Positions 21,497-31,577 of a stretch of 64,000 nucleotides of DNA are shown piece after piece. The notes beneath the pieces are model-generated. The model was given only the letters and a program-made list of their open reading frames with translations. It had not been told where the DNA came from and did not search any database. The translations under genes and the position numbers were made by a program. The DNA comes from a virus. Its lineage: Duplodnaviria > Caudoviricetes. The stretch spans positions 1 to 64,000 of IMG/VR virus record IMGVR_UViG_3300035499_000522; one strand, 5' to 3'. Numbering within the stretch: position 1 is the first letter of the stretch; every line of letters begins with the position of its first letter.

Positions 21497-21880
21497 ATGG
21501 CTGATGTAAAGGTAACCAAGAAGGATAATTATGTTGACCTCATTTCTATTGTTGAGAATTCAGATGCAAGTGAGGAAAGAAAGAGTGAACTTGTTGATTT
21601 TCTTAATAAGCAGATTGAGCAGGTTGAACAGAAGGCGGCTAAGGCTAAGGAGAGACGTGAAGCTACGAAGGATGCGGGAGATGACCTTCTTAAGGCAGTA
21701 AAGGCAGTAATCACTGATGAGTGGCAGTCTGTAGATAATATTGTTGCATCTATTGATGTTGAGGATGCAACTAAGGCTAAGATTGTTGCACGTCTTACAA
21801 AGCTTGTTAAGGCTGAGGAAATTGTTAAGGACCAGACTAAGATTGGCGACAAGAAGGCTGTCGTATATAAGCTTGCATAA
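21497..21880 (+). CDS. coiled-coil plus wHTH protein (paralog 3)
   Basis: ELVDFLNKQIEQ...KIVARLTKLV; resembles 5833-6201. Confidence 0.7.
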   Translation: MADVKVTKKDNYVDLISIVENSDASEERKSELVDFLNKQIEQVEQKAAKAKERREATKDAGDDLLKAVKAVITDEWQSVDNIVASIDVEDATKAKIVARLTKLVKAEEIVKDQTKIGDKKAVVYKLA

Positions 21881-21957
21881 TTAATTTAATTTGGTACTGT
21901 TAAGGAAGGGGGCAATTATATATTGCCCTTTTCTTTTAATAATGAAAGGAGTAATTC

Positions 21958-22818
21958 ATGAAGTATTGTTTGGATTATCACCCTAACAATTTAAATAAGT
22001 ATTTAGATAAAATTGATGAAATCCGCTTTTTTATGCAGGAAAGTAAGAAAATCAGTATTGAAAAAATACAAGATATAATTGAAAAATATCCTAACGCCAC
22101 ATTTATTTTTTGTGGTGCTTTTGAAATTATAAATGGATTTTGGTTGGAAGTATTTAAAACTTTTAGAGCATATAATCATTATAATTTTAAAGTAGAAATT
22201 GTTTTAGATAATAAAAAATTTTATGTATCAGAAGAACTTAAAAAAATAATTGAAGAATTAAAAGAAAATGAAATAAAATATTATTTTAGTTGTAATACTA
22301 ATGATTGGGAAACTTTATATTTACAATTAAAAGAAGGCGTAAGTGATGTCTATATAACAGAAGCATTAGGATTTGAATTAGATAGCGTATCAAAAATAGT
22401 ACATAACTATGGTGCGGAAATAAGGGTATACCCTAATATCTGCCAATATCATTGCTCCCAATTTAATCGTTTGTATAGTTTCTTCATAAGACCAGAGGAT
22501 GTAGATTTCTATGATAAAAACAATTATATTGATATTTTTGATTTTTCTTATTGTATGAACAAAGATATGCAGTGTATTGATGAAACTTTATATAAGATTT
22601 ATGCAATAGATAAAAAATGGTATGGAAATCTTAAAGAATTGATTCAAGATTTATGGATAACTTTTGATAACAGAAATGTAATTGATATTTTTGGACCAGC
22701 TAGAGCAACGTGCGGCAGACGCTGCTTAAAGGGTGTAAATTGCAATATTTGTAGCCGCGTACAAGACATTGCCGCCAAGGTAGGACAAAAGGAAGATAGT
22801 TTTAAGAAAGAGGTATAA
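21958..22818 (+). CDS. hypothetical protein, distant U32-peptidase-like barrel with Cys-rich C-terminus
   Basis: FFIRPEDV..Y and CGRRC...CNIC patterns. Confidence 0.4.
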   Translation: MKYCLDYHPNNLNKYLDKIDEIRFFMQESKKISIEKIQDIIEKYPNATFIFCGAFEIINGFWLEVFKTFRAYNHYNFKVEIVLDNKKFYVSEELKKIIEELKENEIKYYFSCNTNDWETLYLQLKEGVSDVYITEALGFELDSVSKIVHNYGAEIRVYPNICQYHCSQFNRLYSFFIRPEDVDFYDKNNYIDIFDFSYCMNKDMQCIDETLYKIYAIDKKWYGNLKELIQDLWITFDNRNVIDIFGPARATCGRRCLKGVNCNICSRVQDIAAKVGQKEDSFKKEV

Positions 22819-22822
22819 TATT

Positions 22823-23284
22823 ATGATATGCTTTAATGGAGAACTTACAGAAGAAGGTATTTCCTGCCTTTAGAATTTTACTTCCTTTATTCATACTATT
22901 GCTTTTAATTTAAGACCTAATAAGGAAGTTCTTACAGAAAAAGATTTTAATGATATTTATGCTGGAAGAACTATGGAAAAAGTATATAAGAAAAATTCAA
23001 AAGTAATGGCTAATATAAATTATACTTTATGTGTGGCGGCAGAGAAGCAAATCCCGCAAACTATTCATACAACAGAACAAGAAACACTTAATTTTAATGG
23101 TATAACTCCAATTGTGTTTGGCTATTGTCCAAGATGCAATAGTAGTCTTGAGGTTATTGATTTGCGAGAAAAGGTTTGGAAAAAGCAGTATTGTCCTTGG
23201 TGCGGGCAAAGGATAGAGTTAGAACCTAATCCTGAATTAGAAGAAATGATGCGTGATGACGATGAAGGGGCAGTATATGAATAA
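22823..23284 (+). CDS. zinc-ribbon protein (one TAG=Gln at 22871)
   Basis: GAGG RBS plus ATG 22823 in frame with ORF 22973; CPRC...CPWCGQ. Confidence 0.6.
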
Positions 23285-24065
23285 TTATTGGAACAACAAA
23301 GAAGAATTATCTAAAAAAGCATTTGTTCATACTTGTAAAATGGCAGAAAAATATTCAAATGAAATTAAAGCAAGCGTAGCCGCCACAAAAATATATGATG
23401 ATTCTATTTATAACAAGCCCTACGATATTAACCCAAATATTAAACATAAAGTAAGAATTATGGATACTGACAGTGTTTCTGCTATTGAATATCAAAGTAG
23501 TGGAAAGACTGCTGTACTTAATTTTGCTGATTATACTCTTGCAGGTGGGCTGTTTCTCAAAGGCAGCTCCGCTCAAGAGGAAAGTTTATGTCATGAATCA
23601 TTTCTTTATAATGTACTATCTCAATTTCCTGATTATTACAAAGAAAATAAAAAAACTTGTAATTATGGACTTTATTCCAATAGAGCCATTTATACACCAG
23701 ATATAATATTTAAAGATATATATAAATGTGATGTAATAACTTGTGCAGCCCCTAATCTTAATGCTATTAAATATAGATGTAAAACTTCAAAAGACTTAGA
23801 ATTTTATGCTAAATATAAAACTTTTAATAAAGCAGCTATGTATGATAGAATTAAATTTGTTTATGATATTGCGGCAATTAATAAAGTAGATACGCTCATC
23901 TTGGGGGCTTGGGGCTGTGGTGTCTTTGGACAAAATCCCACGCAGGTAGCCCATTTCTTTAGAAGACCTCTTGTTGAGAAGAAAGTTGGCGTTAAAAATA
24001 TTATATTCGCAATTCCCACAGGAGAAAACTACGATGCTTTTATAGAAGTCTTTAATTCAGATTAA
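23277..24065 (+). CDS. TIGR02452/DUF2263 macro-type ADP-ribose glycohydrolase (bacterial PARG-like)
   Basis: VLNFA...GG...AQEESLC, ITCAAPN, ILGAWGCGVFG. Confidence 0.85.
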   Translation: MNNYWNNKEELSKKAFVHTCKMAEKYSNEIKASVAATKIYDDSIYNKPYDINPNIKHKVRIMDTDSVSAIEYQSSGKTAVLNFADYTLAGGLFLKGSSAQEESLCHESFLYNVLSQFPDYYKENKKTCNYGLYSNRAIYTPDIIFKDIYKCDVITCAAPNLNAIKYRCKTSKDLEFYAKYKTFNKAAMYDRIKFVYDIAAINKVDTLILGAWGCGVFGQNPTQVAHFFRRPLVEKKVGVKNIIFAIPTGENYDAFIEVFNSD

Positions 24066-24131
24066 TAATTGATTTTTATTAAATTAAATGTTATAATATA
24101 TATGTAATAAAAATTAAGGAGTGATTAATTA

Positions 24132-24428
24132 ATGGCTAAGGGTGCTGTAAGCAAGACTAATATTATTAATAAAATTATGGAAGTTTATCCTGATGCTTTT
24201 CTTGTAGACGGTAAGGAACTGCGTATACCTATGCGTGAAGATGGTGAAGAGGTACAGATTAAAGTGAGCCTTACTTGTGCTAAGACAAACGTTTCCGCAG
24301 AGGGAGAAGCAATAATTCCTAAAGAAGTAAATTATACAGATGAAACAATAGCTCAGAAGATGAATACAGAGCCAACAGAAGAAGAAAAGAAACAGGTAGC
24401 TGATATATTGGCGGCAATGGGTCTTTAA
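24132..24428 (+). CDS. hypothetical phage protein
   Basis: promoter and RBS. Confidence 0.7.
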   Translation: MAKGAVSKTNIINKIMEVYPDAFLVDGKELRIPMREDGEEVQIKVSLTCAKTNVSAEGEAIIPKEVNYTDETIAQKMNTEPTEEEKKQVADILAAMGL

Positions 24429-24446
24429 TGAGAGGAGTGTAAGCAT

Positions 24447-24734
24447 ATGGCAATTATGAAGTATACTGAATGGCAGTCTGGAAGCGGTAATTGGTATTGT
24501 ACAGATACAAGTAATATGGCTGGTGGAAGTGCTAAATGGTGGCTGCCTTGCCGTATGCTTAATATTTCTCCCGCAGATTTTGTAAAGAAATTAAAAGAAG
24601 AATTCAAAGCAACAGATATTGTATTTGATTTAGAAAAAAATGTTTTGATTTATTCTTGGAACAATAAAGAGGATTGCCATAAGTTTGTGTTGTATATTAA
24701 CAGAAAAAGCAGGGAGGCTAACTATGTTATATAA
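24447..24734 (+). CDS. hypothetical protein
   Basis: GGAG RBS. Confidence 0.65.
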   Translation: MAIMKYTEWQSGSGNWYCTDTSNMAGGSAKWWLPCRMLNISPADFVKKLKEEFKATDIVFDLEKNVLIYSWNNKEDCHKFVLYINRKSREANYVI

Positions 24735-25320
24735 TACATATGACTATTCAGATAGCTATTATTTATATGATTTCCGCAAAGAATCTATGCAGTTTATTGG
24801 TAATTATAATGATTTTATTAAATTTTTAGCAAAAGGCTATGAAATAAGATGGCTTCCTGATGAGTGTGGTTGGTATGATTGGAGAGAATATAATAAATAT
24901 CTTACTTATTACACTTGCGATGTAAATGAATCTTATCCTAATATGAGATATTTTTTGTTTATGAGAGACAAAAGTGTAATTAATCCCTCTATTTATCAAG
25001 AGGAAGTAAAAAAATGTGCGGAAGCCATGCAGTTGGAAGCTAAAACAATGTATGGCGTAGGTTGGCATAAACCTTTGTATTATTTTAAGTATAGGAAGGG
25101 TCCAGTGCCTAATACTGCCTGTTATAGAGGCGGGTGCAGCCAGAAATCTGCAAGGGTTAAGAGTATTCTTATATCTAAAACCGACCCAGAATATAAAGAA
25201 TTTCATCGAACATTTAAGAGTAGAAAAAGACCCGTACCTGTGTGCTGGGATGACCGCTTCCGCCGCCCGCAAAGAAGTTGGAAAGAGCAAAGAAAAACTC
25301 AATATAAGGAGAAGAATTAA
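24724..25320 (+). CDS. hypothetical protein with basic C-terminus
   Basis: GGAGG RBS; R.GPVP...WDD...RSWK..RK.QY tail. Confidence 0.6.
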   Translation: MLYNTYDYSDSYYLYDFRKESMQFIGNYNDFIKFLAKGYEIRWLPDECGWYDWREYNKYLTYYTCDVNESYPNMRYFLFMRDKSVINPSIYQEEVKKCAEAMQLEAKTMYGVGWHKPLYYFKYRKGPVPNTACYRGGCSQKSARVKSILISKTDPEYKEFHRTFKSRKRPVPVCWDDRFRRPQRSWKEQRKTQYKEKN

Positions 25321-25822
25321 TGAATATAATAGCTTATGTACTATTGCTAATAGCTTGTTTTATTATGATATTCACTACAGAAGGAATAAAACTATATATC
25401 TATATTATATTGGGTATTTCTATTGTTTTTGAAATAATTACTGTATTAGCATATGTAGCAGAGGAGTATCTTATAAGCAAAGGTATTATTCAAATTATAG
25501 AAGATGAAGATAATAATGATAAAAATCAAGATAAATGATTAATTTGATTTTTAAAAAATTTTATGATATAATATATATAGAAAAGTTAAAAAAGAAAAAA
25601 TAATTTAGAGAGGTGCTTTATATGAGAACTGTTGTTTATGTAGATGACTATGGTGACAAGCATATTATAGAAGTTGACCCTTTGGATGAAATTTTTCTTA
25701 GAAGCAGATTTACAATTATATCTTGCGAGTCTGCTTAAAATTTGATTTTTTAAAAAATTTATGTTATAATTATATTATACATTTTGGTTATTAATAGTTT
25801 ATTTTGGTTATCTCAAACTCTA

Positions 25823-25888
25823 AAGGCATTTACAGCAAATTTTAAAGGAAATAATATAATAGCTTTAATTATTTATTAAAATGCCTTG
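25823..25888 (+). ncRNA. ACAGCAA terminal-stem element E1 (identical to E5)
   Basis: AAGGCATT-TACAGCAA...AATGCCTTG; 66 nt identical to 36407-36472. Confidence 0.55.
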
Positions 25889-25908
25889 AAAAATTAAGTT
25901 GAAGAGAA

Positions 25909-25980
25909 GGCTGTATAATTTAAATGGTAGAAGTCCCCACTTATATCGGGGAGATAGTTGTTCGAGTCAACTTACAGTAT
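25909..25980 (+). tRNA. tRNA-Ile(UAU)-like, possibly degenerate
   Basis: cloverleaf with GTTCGAG T-loop, anticodon loop CTTATAT; no CCA, mismatches. Confidence 0.5.
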
Positions 25981-25997
25981 AAACTTTAACTTAAAAT

Positions 25998-26082
25998 GCT
26001 CCTATGGTGGAATAGGCAGACACAAGGAACTTAAAATTCCTCGGATTAATCCGTACCGGTTCAAGTCCGGTTAGGAGCACCA
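25998..26082 (+). tRNA. tRNA-Leu(UAA)
   Basis: AGGAA-CTTAAAA-TTCCT, long variable arm, ACCA end. Confidence 0.92.
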
Positions 26083-26090
26083 AATTTTAT

Positions 26091-26175
26091 GTGGATGTGC
26101 TGGAATTGGCAGACAAGGCAAACTCAAAATTTGCCGCTGAAAAGCGTGTGGGTTCGAGTCCCACCATCCGCACCA
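26091..26175 (+). tRNA. tRNA-Leu(CAA)
   Basis: GCAAA-CTCAAAA-TTTGC, long variable arm, ACCA end. Confidence 0.92.
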
Positions 26176-26203
26176 ATTATATCTTAAGTAGTAGATATAT
26201 ATA

Positions 26204-26269
26204 AAGACGCAGACAGCAAATTAATAATTTTGTTTTAAATTTCCAAAACTTCAAAATGATAGCGTCTTG
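26204..26269 (+). ncRNA. ACAGCAA terminal-stem element E2
   Basis: AAGACGC-AGACAGCAA...GCGTCTTG. Confidence 0.55.
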
Positions 26270-26439
26270 TTTAAAAAACAAATACATTCTTTATACATAT
26301 TAAATTACTTCATTTCATGAAAAGTATAGGATTTTTTAGTCCTATACTTTTTTCTTTTGGGCAAACCCCTTATAATATTTTCTATAAAAATTTAATATTA
26401 ATTAGTAAAATCTTTATAGACGGGGAGGAATTATCTTTT

Positions 26440-26613
26440 ATGTATAGTATTACTAAATAGTCAAAAGGTTATGTAACAGAATTTGTAGTAGATTATTTAA
26501 CTGATATTACTACTTTGCCTATCACGCCCTATGCTATTGGAAGTACTTGTTTTTGTATAGAAGATTCTAGTGTTTGGATGTTAGGAAATGATAGACAATG
26601 GCATTAGATTTAA
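26440..26613 (+). CDS. small virion-type protein (2 TAG=Gln)
   Basis: GGAGG RBS; EFVVD..DI..LP....GSTCFCIE..VWML. Confidence 0.6.
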
Positions 26614-26629
26614 GGAAGGAGAGATTTAA

Positions 26630-27151
26630 TTGGATATAGTTACATATGCTTTGTGTAAAAGATTAGCTAAAAGTGCGGTAACAGGTATATCAAAACTCTC
26701 TGTTGATGGAACTACTTTAAAAATAATTTTAAATGATGGTTCTGTATTAAATATGGAATTTCCTACTCCTTTAGACGGAAAATCTATTACTAATGTTACA
26801 ATTAATGATGATAAACATTTAATATGTACATTATCATCAGGAGAAGAAATAGATGCGGGCAAGCTGCCGGAAAGCATTACAGATTATTCACAGTTATCGA
26901 ATTTACCTTCTATTAATGGAGTTACTTTAACTGGTGATTTAACGGTTGCCGCAGTCAAATCTGATGAAGATGTTCCCGCAAATGTAGATATACCTATTAC
27001 TTATACAGATAGAGTATTTAGCGGAGATAGCGACCTTGATTTAGCTGACAAAGAAGATGTAGATGAAATGTTTGATAAATCAGAAGAAAAAGAAGATAAT
27101 AATGATGGCTATACTTTTGCCGATAAAGAAGATATAGATAATTTATTTTAA
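26630..27151 (+). CDS. tail-fibre-like protein
   Basis: DGKSI...L..G.EIDAG, DYSQLSNLPSINGVTLTG; two A.KED(V/I)D..F motifs at C-terminus. Confidence 0.6.
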   Translation: MDIVTYALCKRLAKSAVTGISKLSVDGTTLKIILNDGSVLNMEFPTPLDGKSITNVTINDDKHLICTLSSGEEIDAGKLPESITDYSQLSNLPSINGVTLTGDLTVAAVKSDEDVPANVDIPITYTDRVFSGDSDLDLADKEDVDEMFDKSEEKEDNNDGYTFADKEDIDNLF

Positions 27152-27232
27152 TTTTTAAAAAAAAAACAAACTTAATTTATTAAGTTTTTTATATATAAAA
27201 TAATTGTTTTAATGAAAATGGAGGAATTTATT

Positions 27233-27853
27233 ATGGCTGAAACTAATAATGCAGCTGCTGTTGATTCTGCAACCAAGCTTGTTTCGTTATCATTACTTAC
27301 ATATTATGATGGCAAAATCAAGCAGGTAATTGCCGATGGCGATACTCCTGCAATTAAAGCGGTTGATTATAAGAGTAATTCCCTTTATTTCTTTAAGGAT
27401 GAAACTCTTCCTGCCGAAGCAGATTACGACACAAAGGCAGCATTTAAGCTTGACCTGCCCGAGGAGCAGTTCCTCGACCAGCTGAATACTAAGTTTGTAG
27501 ATAGCTTTGCTTATAATGCTAATACATATCCTAATACATCAGACCCCAATCTTGATGGTAGACCTGTGCTTGTTCTTGCAGTAAAAGGTGATACTGATGT
27601 TAGCTACAGTTTCGTAAACCTTGAAAAGCTTGTTGACGTTTACACAGGTGATACGTCTGATACTGCTAACGTTACAATTACCAATAATGCGATTAAAGTA
27701 GATGTACGTATTTCCGCGAGAAGTAACAATGCCATTGTCACTGTTACCGATGCAGGTGAAGAGGGACTTTATGTAGCACCTACTGTTCTTACGTTTGCAA
27801 GCGATACGGATGTTGATGCTTTATTCAACACTACCACAAATGGTACTATCTAA
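27233..27853 (+). CDS. fibre/appendage-like protein
   Basis: GGAGG RBS; N-terminal LSLLTYYDGKIK, C-terminal FASDTDVDALF. Confidence 0.6.
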   Translation: MAETNNAAAVDSATKLVSLSLLTYYDGKIKQVIADGDTPAIKAVDYKSNSLYFFKDETLPAEADYDTKAAFKLDLPEEQFLDQLNTKFVDSFAYNANTYPNTSDPNLDGRPVLVLAVKGDTDVSYSFVNLEKLVDVYTGDTSDTANVTITNNAIKVDVRISARSNNAIVTVTDAGEEGLYVAPTVLTFASDTDVDALFNTTTNGTI

Positions 27854-27957
27854 TCTGATTTGATTCGCACCTAATTAATACATAGCGAGTGCTATTTTGA
27901 TTTATTTCATTATAGCACTCGCTTTTGTATATTTATTTTGCGGAAAGGGGTTAAAAC

Positions 27958-28296
27958 ATGGCAGATAGTAAGAAAATTGTAAGCATGGATGAGCTTACAC
28001 ATTATGATGAGCTTATCAAAGACCACATAGAAGATGAAGTAGATAAAGTCTCTACAATAGCAGTAAGTGAAACTGCACCTACTAAAGACAATGTTGTAGC
28101 TTGGATTGATTCTTCTGATACGGAAGATTATGAAATTCCTGAAATTAAGGATGATGAAACAAACGAAACCGATACTTGGAGCAGTAAGAAAATTTCAGAT
28201 GAACTTAGTGCAATTCAAGGCACGTTAAACATGGCAGATACTACAGATATAGATGCTTTGTTCGCAACTACAAGTGATATTGATAACTTAGGCTGA
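27958..28296 (+). CDS. fibre linker-like protein
   Basis: IVSMDELTHYD, DTWSSKKI, MADTTDIDALF. Confidence 0.6.
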   Translation: MADSKKIVSMDELTHYDELIKDHIEDEVDKVSTIAVSETAPTKDNVVAWIDSSDTEDYEIPEIKDDETNETDTWSSKKISDELSAIQGTLNMADTTDIDALFATTSDIDNLG

Positions 28297-28310
28297 TTGG
28301 AGGAATTTGT

Positions 28311-28976
28311 ATGATAAAAGTTTCTCATAAAAAGATGAACATAAAGAATCCTGATGATGGCAGTTGGCAAGGTGTAATGGCGGTTGGTAGTGGTAGTGAT
28401 ACTGACGGACTTAATGAAAAAGAACGTGACCAAGTAAAAACTATTGTTAATAATAGAAGTTGGGATGATGAAATATATCAGTATTTTCATTATTATTATG
28501 GTTATTGCCTTGTTGAAGGGAGCGATAATAATCTTGTAGTAGACGGCATTACTGGAATTTCATATAATCCGTATCAAACATTATTTCTTGTTAAATTTCA
28601 AAGTGTGCCTGAAAATTTTGGCATTACTAAAATGACTTTAAAATTAAATGAATCAGGAGAATACGAACCAAATGATAATACCTACTTTTTAACTTTTTCA
28701 ACGGGTGCTACATCAACATGGCATAATCTTGATTTTTCACAATTAACCGCTCTTAAAAACTTAGCTAACTATGAAGATGGTACTTTAGGAGTTCGTTTTC
28801 CTCTTGACGTAGAATATATAAAACGTGTTGATGATATTATAAAAATAAATGAATCAGATATTGGAATTATATATTTCAATTGGATAAAAAATCCAAATGA
28901 TTCAACTGGAAAAACTTATTGGGGAGAATGGGTATTAGCAGGAGTAATTCCTTGTCCTCCGTATACAACCAAATAA
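28311..28976 (+). CDS. hypothetical protein in fibre module
   Basis: GGAGG RBS, 221-aa ORF. Confidence 0.65.
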   Translation: MIKVSHKKMNIKNPDDGSWQGVMAVGSGSDTDGLNEKERDQVKTIVNNRSWDDEIYQYFHYYYGYCLVEGSDNNLVVDGITGISYNPYQTLFLVKFQSVPENFGITKMTLKLNESGEYEPNDNTYFLTFSTGATSTWHNLDFSQLTALKNLANYEDGTLGVRFPLDVEYIKRVDDIIKINESDIGIIYFNWIKNPNDSTGKTYWGEWVLAGVIPCPPYTTK

Positions 28977-29042
28977 TCACAAATAGATTAAAATAATGTT
29001 AAATATAAATTCACATATTACAAACGAAAGGAGTGTTGATAA

Positions 29043-29246
29043 ATGGCTGATAAATCAATTAGTTCAGATGAAATAGCTGTTAATTTAACTTCTCTCAAAA
29101 GATTTAAAGAGAAAATGGATGAAGAGATTAACTCTAAAGTTGGGAGTGGCGGTGGGTCGGGTTCTTCTTCCACTATCGACATCCTCGAATCAGACCCTTC
29201 CTCCCCTGAAACAGGATATATGTGGATAACGCAGTCAACATCATGA
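29043..29246 (+). CDS. small fibre adaptor-like protein
   Basis: VNLTSLKRF, Gly/Ser linker, DPSSPETGYMWI. Confidence 0.6.
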   Translation: MADKSISSDEIAVNLTSLKRFKEKMDEEINSKVGSGGGSGSSSTIDILESDPSSPETGYMWITQSTS

Positions 29247-29271
29247 TAGATAGAAGAAAGGAAAAATTAAC

Positions 29272-30582
29272 ATGGTAACAATCCTCTCCCCCAAATCCGT
29301 CTATGTAGATAACGACAACGCCGAAACATATACCCTGAACTGGCAGGGCACACTAAGCGGTCAGACTGCTTATGAAGTGCTGTACAAACTTAAAAGCAGC
29401 GATATATGGCTTACTGCCGGTAAAGTAACATCCACTGCAACTTCTTATGATTTGCGTAAAGTATATGACCTGCTTGGTATTGATTTTGCAGAAATAAGCT
29501 ATAAGGTTTTGCTATACTATACCACTCAGACAACCGATAACGAAACCACTACAGGTACTGAGTATAGTAACACCTATTCACTTATCTTTAATCAGGGTAG
29601 TGTGGGCAGTTTGAATGTATGGAATGGCTCGGAAAAGAAATCATATCCTGTTTTTGATAAGGTAACCAATGATAATGTTGCCTTGCTCAACGTTAAGACA
29701 AAAGATACTGTAATCAAAGCACCTTTGGTAGATGATGAATCACCGCTTAAGAGTGACCTTAAAATCAGAGTGGCGAAAGATACAACGCTTTCTGTAGCTA
29801 ATAAGGATGCTTCTTTCCACTATTACACACCAACTTCAAGTGATAAGTTTGGTGATTTTTATGTATATGGCAGAAATTATAATAATACAGGAACTGGTAC
29901 AGAAGATGCTTATGCAACCGATACAAGCTATTATTACAGAGATGTACAATATTATTACATAAGTCAGTACAGTTATAGATATAAATATGTTTCCTCTTAC
30001 AGTGGTGCTTACTACAGATTGTACTTGAATGGCGAAGGTGTCTATCAGTATACTTATGACAGACAAAATTATCAAATCAGTAGTTATAGTTATATTGACA
30101 ATCCTAAACTCTTAAATGACCAATATACTTATAGTTATATGAAAGTATATCATTATGGTTATAGTAACCAATATGGAAGTCGCTCTTTTTCTTATCAACT
30201 ATATGTTACAACACCCGTAGACAATTATGTTTTGGGTTCGGGTATATATTATTACGAGTATGTATCATATAAGACCCTTATAGATAATATATTAAAAGAT
30301 ATTCGTTATAGTTATCTCCAAAGGGTGTACACTACATATAAATACAGATACTATTACTATTACTCATACACTCAAACTACTGCATACGATGGCAGATATA
30401 CATACAATTATTACAACTATCAAGGATATTACTACTACTCGAATTACAGCTACAGATACACTTCGGATGTATATAGTTCTTCAACCCGAAACGAGAGATT
30501 TAGTTCTGATTACACATATAGCTACAGGTATAATTACAGCTATCAGTATATAACTGATTATAGCTATTCATATAAAACTTGA
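29272..30582 (+). CDS. Tyr-rich protein (Fn3/Ig-like N-terminus; C-terminal ~215 aa about one-third Tyr)
   Basis: about 70 Tyr counted in the C-terminal half, mostly YxY motifs. Confidence 0.75.
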   Translation: MVTILSPKSVYVDNDNAETYTLNWQGTLSGQTAYEVLYKLKSSDIWLTAGKVTSTATSYDLRKVYDLLGIDFAEISYKVLLYYTTQTTDNETTTGTEYSNTYSLIFNQGSVGSLNVWNGSEKKSYPVFDKVTNDNVALLNVKTKDTVIKAPLVDDESPLKSDLKIRVAKDTTLSVANKDASFHYYTPTSSDKFGDFYVYGRNYNNTGTGTEDAYATDTSYYYRDVQYYYISQYSYRYKYVSSYSGAYYRLYLNGEGVYQYTYDRQNYQISSYSYIDNPKLLNDQYTYSYMKVYHYGYSNQYGSRSFSYQLYVTTPVDNYVLGSGIYYYEYVSYKTLIDNILKDIRYSYLQRVYTTYKYRYYYYYSYTQTTAYDGRYTYNYYNYQGYYYYSNYSYRYTSDVYSSSTRNERFSSDYTYSYRYNYSYQYITDYSYSYKT

Positions 30583-30620
30583 CATAACTTAAACCAAAGG
30601 AAATACAAGGAGATTAAAAA

Positions 30621-31577
30621 ATGGCAAATATCGCAATCGTAAATTATTGCAACCTGAAATGCAAATACTGCTTTGCGGATGACATGATTCAGGAAGAAAC
30701 ACAAAGCATAACTCTCGATGATTTTAGGAAGATTCTTTCTTTTATAGCAAGGACACCGAAGAATCATGTTGGCATCATAGGTGGTGAACCTACTTTACAT
30801 CCTCAGTTTGAGGAAATTTTAAAAGAAACAAACAAGTATTGCAGAGAAGTAAACACAGATGCAACACTTTTTACAAATGGTATCGAACTGGAAAAGTTTC
30901 TGCCTTATATCGGTGACAGAATAGGTATCTTGATTAACTGTAACACTCCTCAGTATCAATCGGCGGATAACTTTAAGAAACAGAGAGAAACTCTCGACCA
31001 CTTGAATGAACTTAGTTGGTTTGACCGTAAAGCTAACTGCGGATGCAATGTATATCCAGGCTGTACGGATTATTCGTATATGTGGGAAATTGTTGATAGA
31101 TATAATCTTGACCACATCAGATGTAGTGTAGTTTCACCTGCCGCTTGTTACGAATCGTGGCGAAAGGATAAAGAGGGTTACTATAACTACATGAAGCCTA
31201 TCTTTATGGATTTCTGTAAGGATGCTCAGAAGCATCACTGTCGTTTGAATATGGACTGTGGACATATCCCTGTGTGCTACTTTACAGCAGAAGAAAAGGA
31301 AATTGTTTATGACATCTGCGACAATGTAGAACAGGGATTCTGTGAACCTGTTGTGGATATAACACCTGAATTTAAGGCTACAGCTTGTTTTGGAAGTTAT
31401 GACCCTGTAGATATCAGAGATTTCAACGATTTAATTGAACTTGAAAGATATTTACTGCTTAAAAAGTCTTATCCAAGAGCAGAAGCAAACTGCACGGGTA
31501 AATGTACAACCTGTAAGAAGCATAAGCTTTTGCAGTGTCAGGGAGGTTGCTTAGGCTTTGCGGAGGTGGCTACATAA
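30621..31577 (+). CDS. radical SAM enzyme with SPASM/twitch domain
   Basis: CNLKCKYC, GGEPTLH, TNG, C-terminal C...C and CTTC..C.GGC. Confidence 0.9.
   Translation: MANIAIVNYCNLKCKYCFADDMIQEETQSITLDDFRKILSFIARTPKNHVGIIGGEPTLHPQFEEILKETNKYCREVNTDATLFTNGIELEKFLPYIGDRIGILINCNTPQYQSADNFKKQRETLDHLNELSWFDRKANCGCNVYPGCTDYSYMWEIVDRYNLDHIRCSVVSPAACYESWRKDKEGYYNYMKPIFMDFCKDAQKHHCRLNMDCGHIPVCYFTAEEKEIVYDICDNVEQGFCEPVVDITPEFKATACFGSYDPVDIRDFNDLIELERYLLLKKSYPRAEANCTGKCTTCKKHKLLQCQGGCLGFAEVAT

Noticed and set aside
29920-30582. Tyr/Ser-rich region as a DGR variable region
   Set aside because: No template repeat or reverse transcriptase in the window, and the region is much longer than a typical VR
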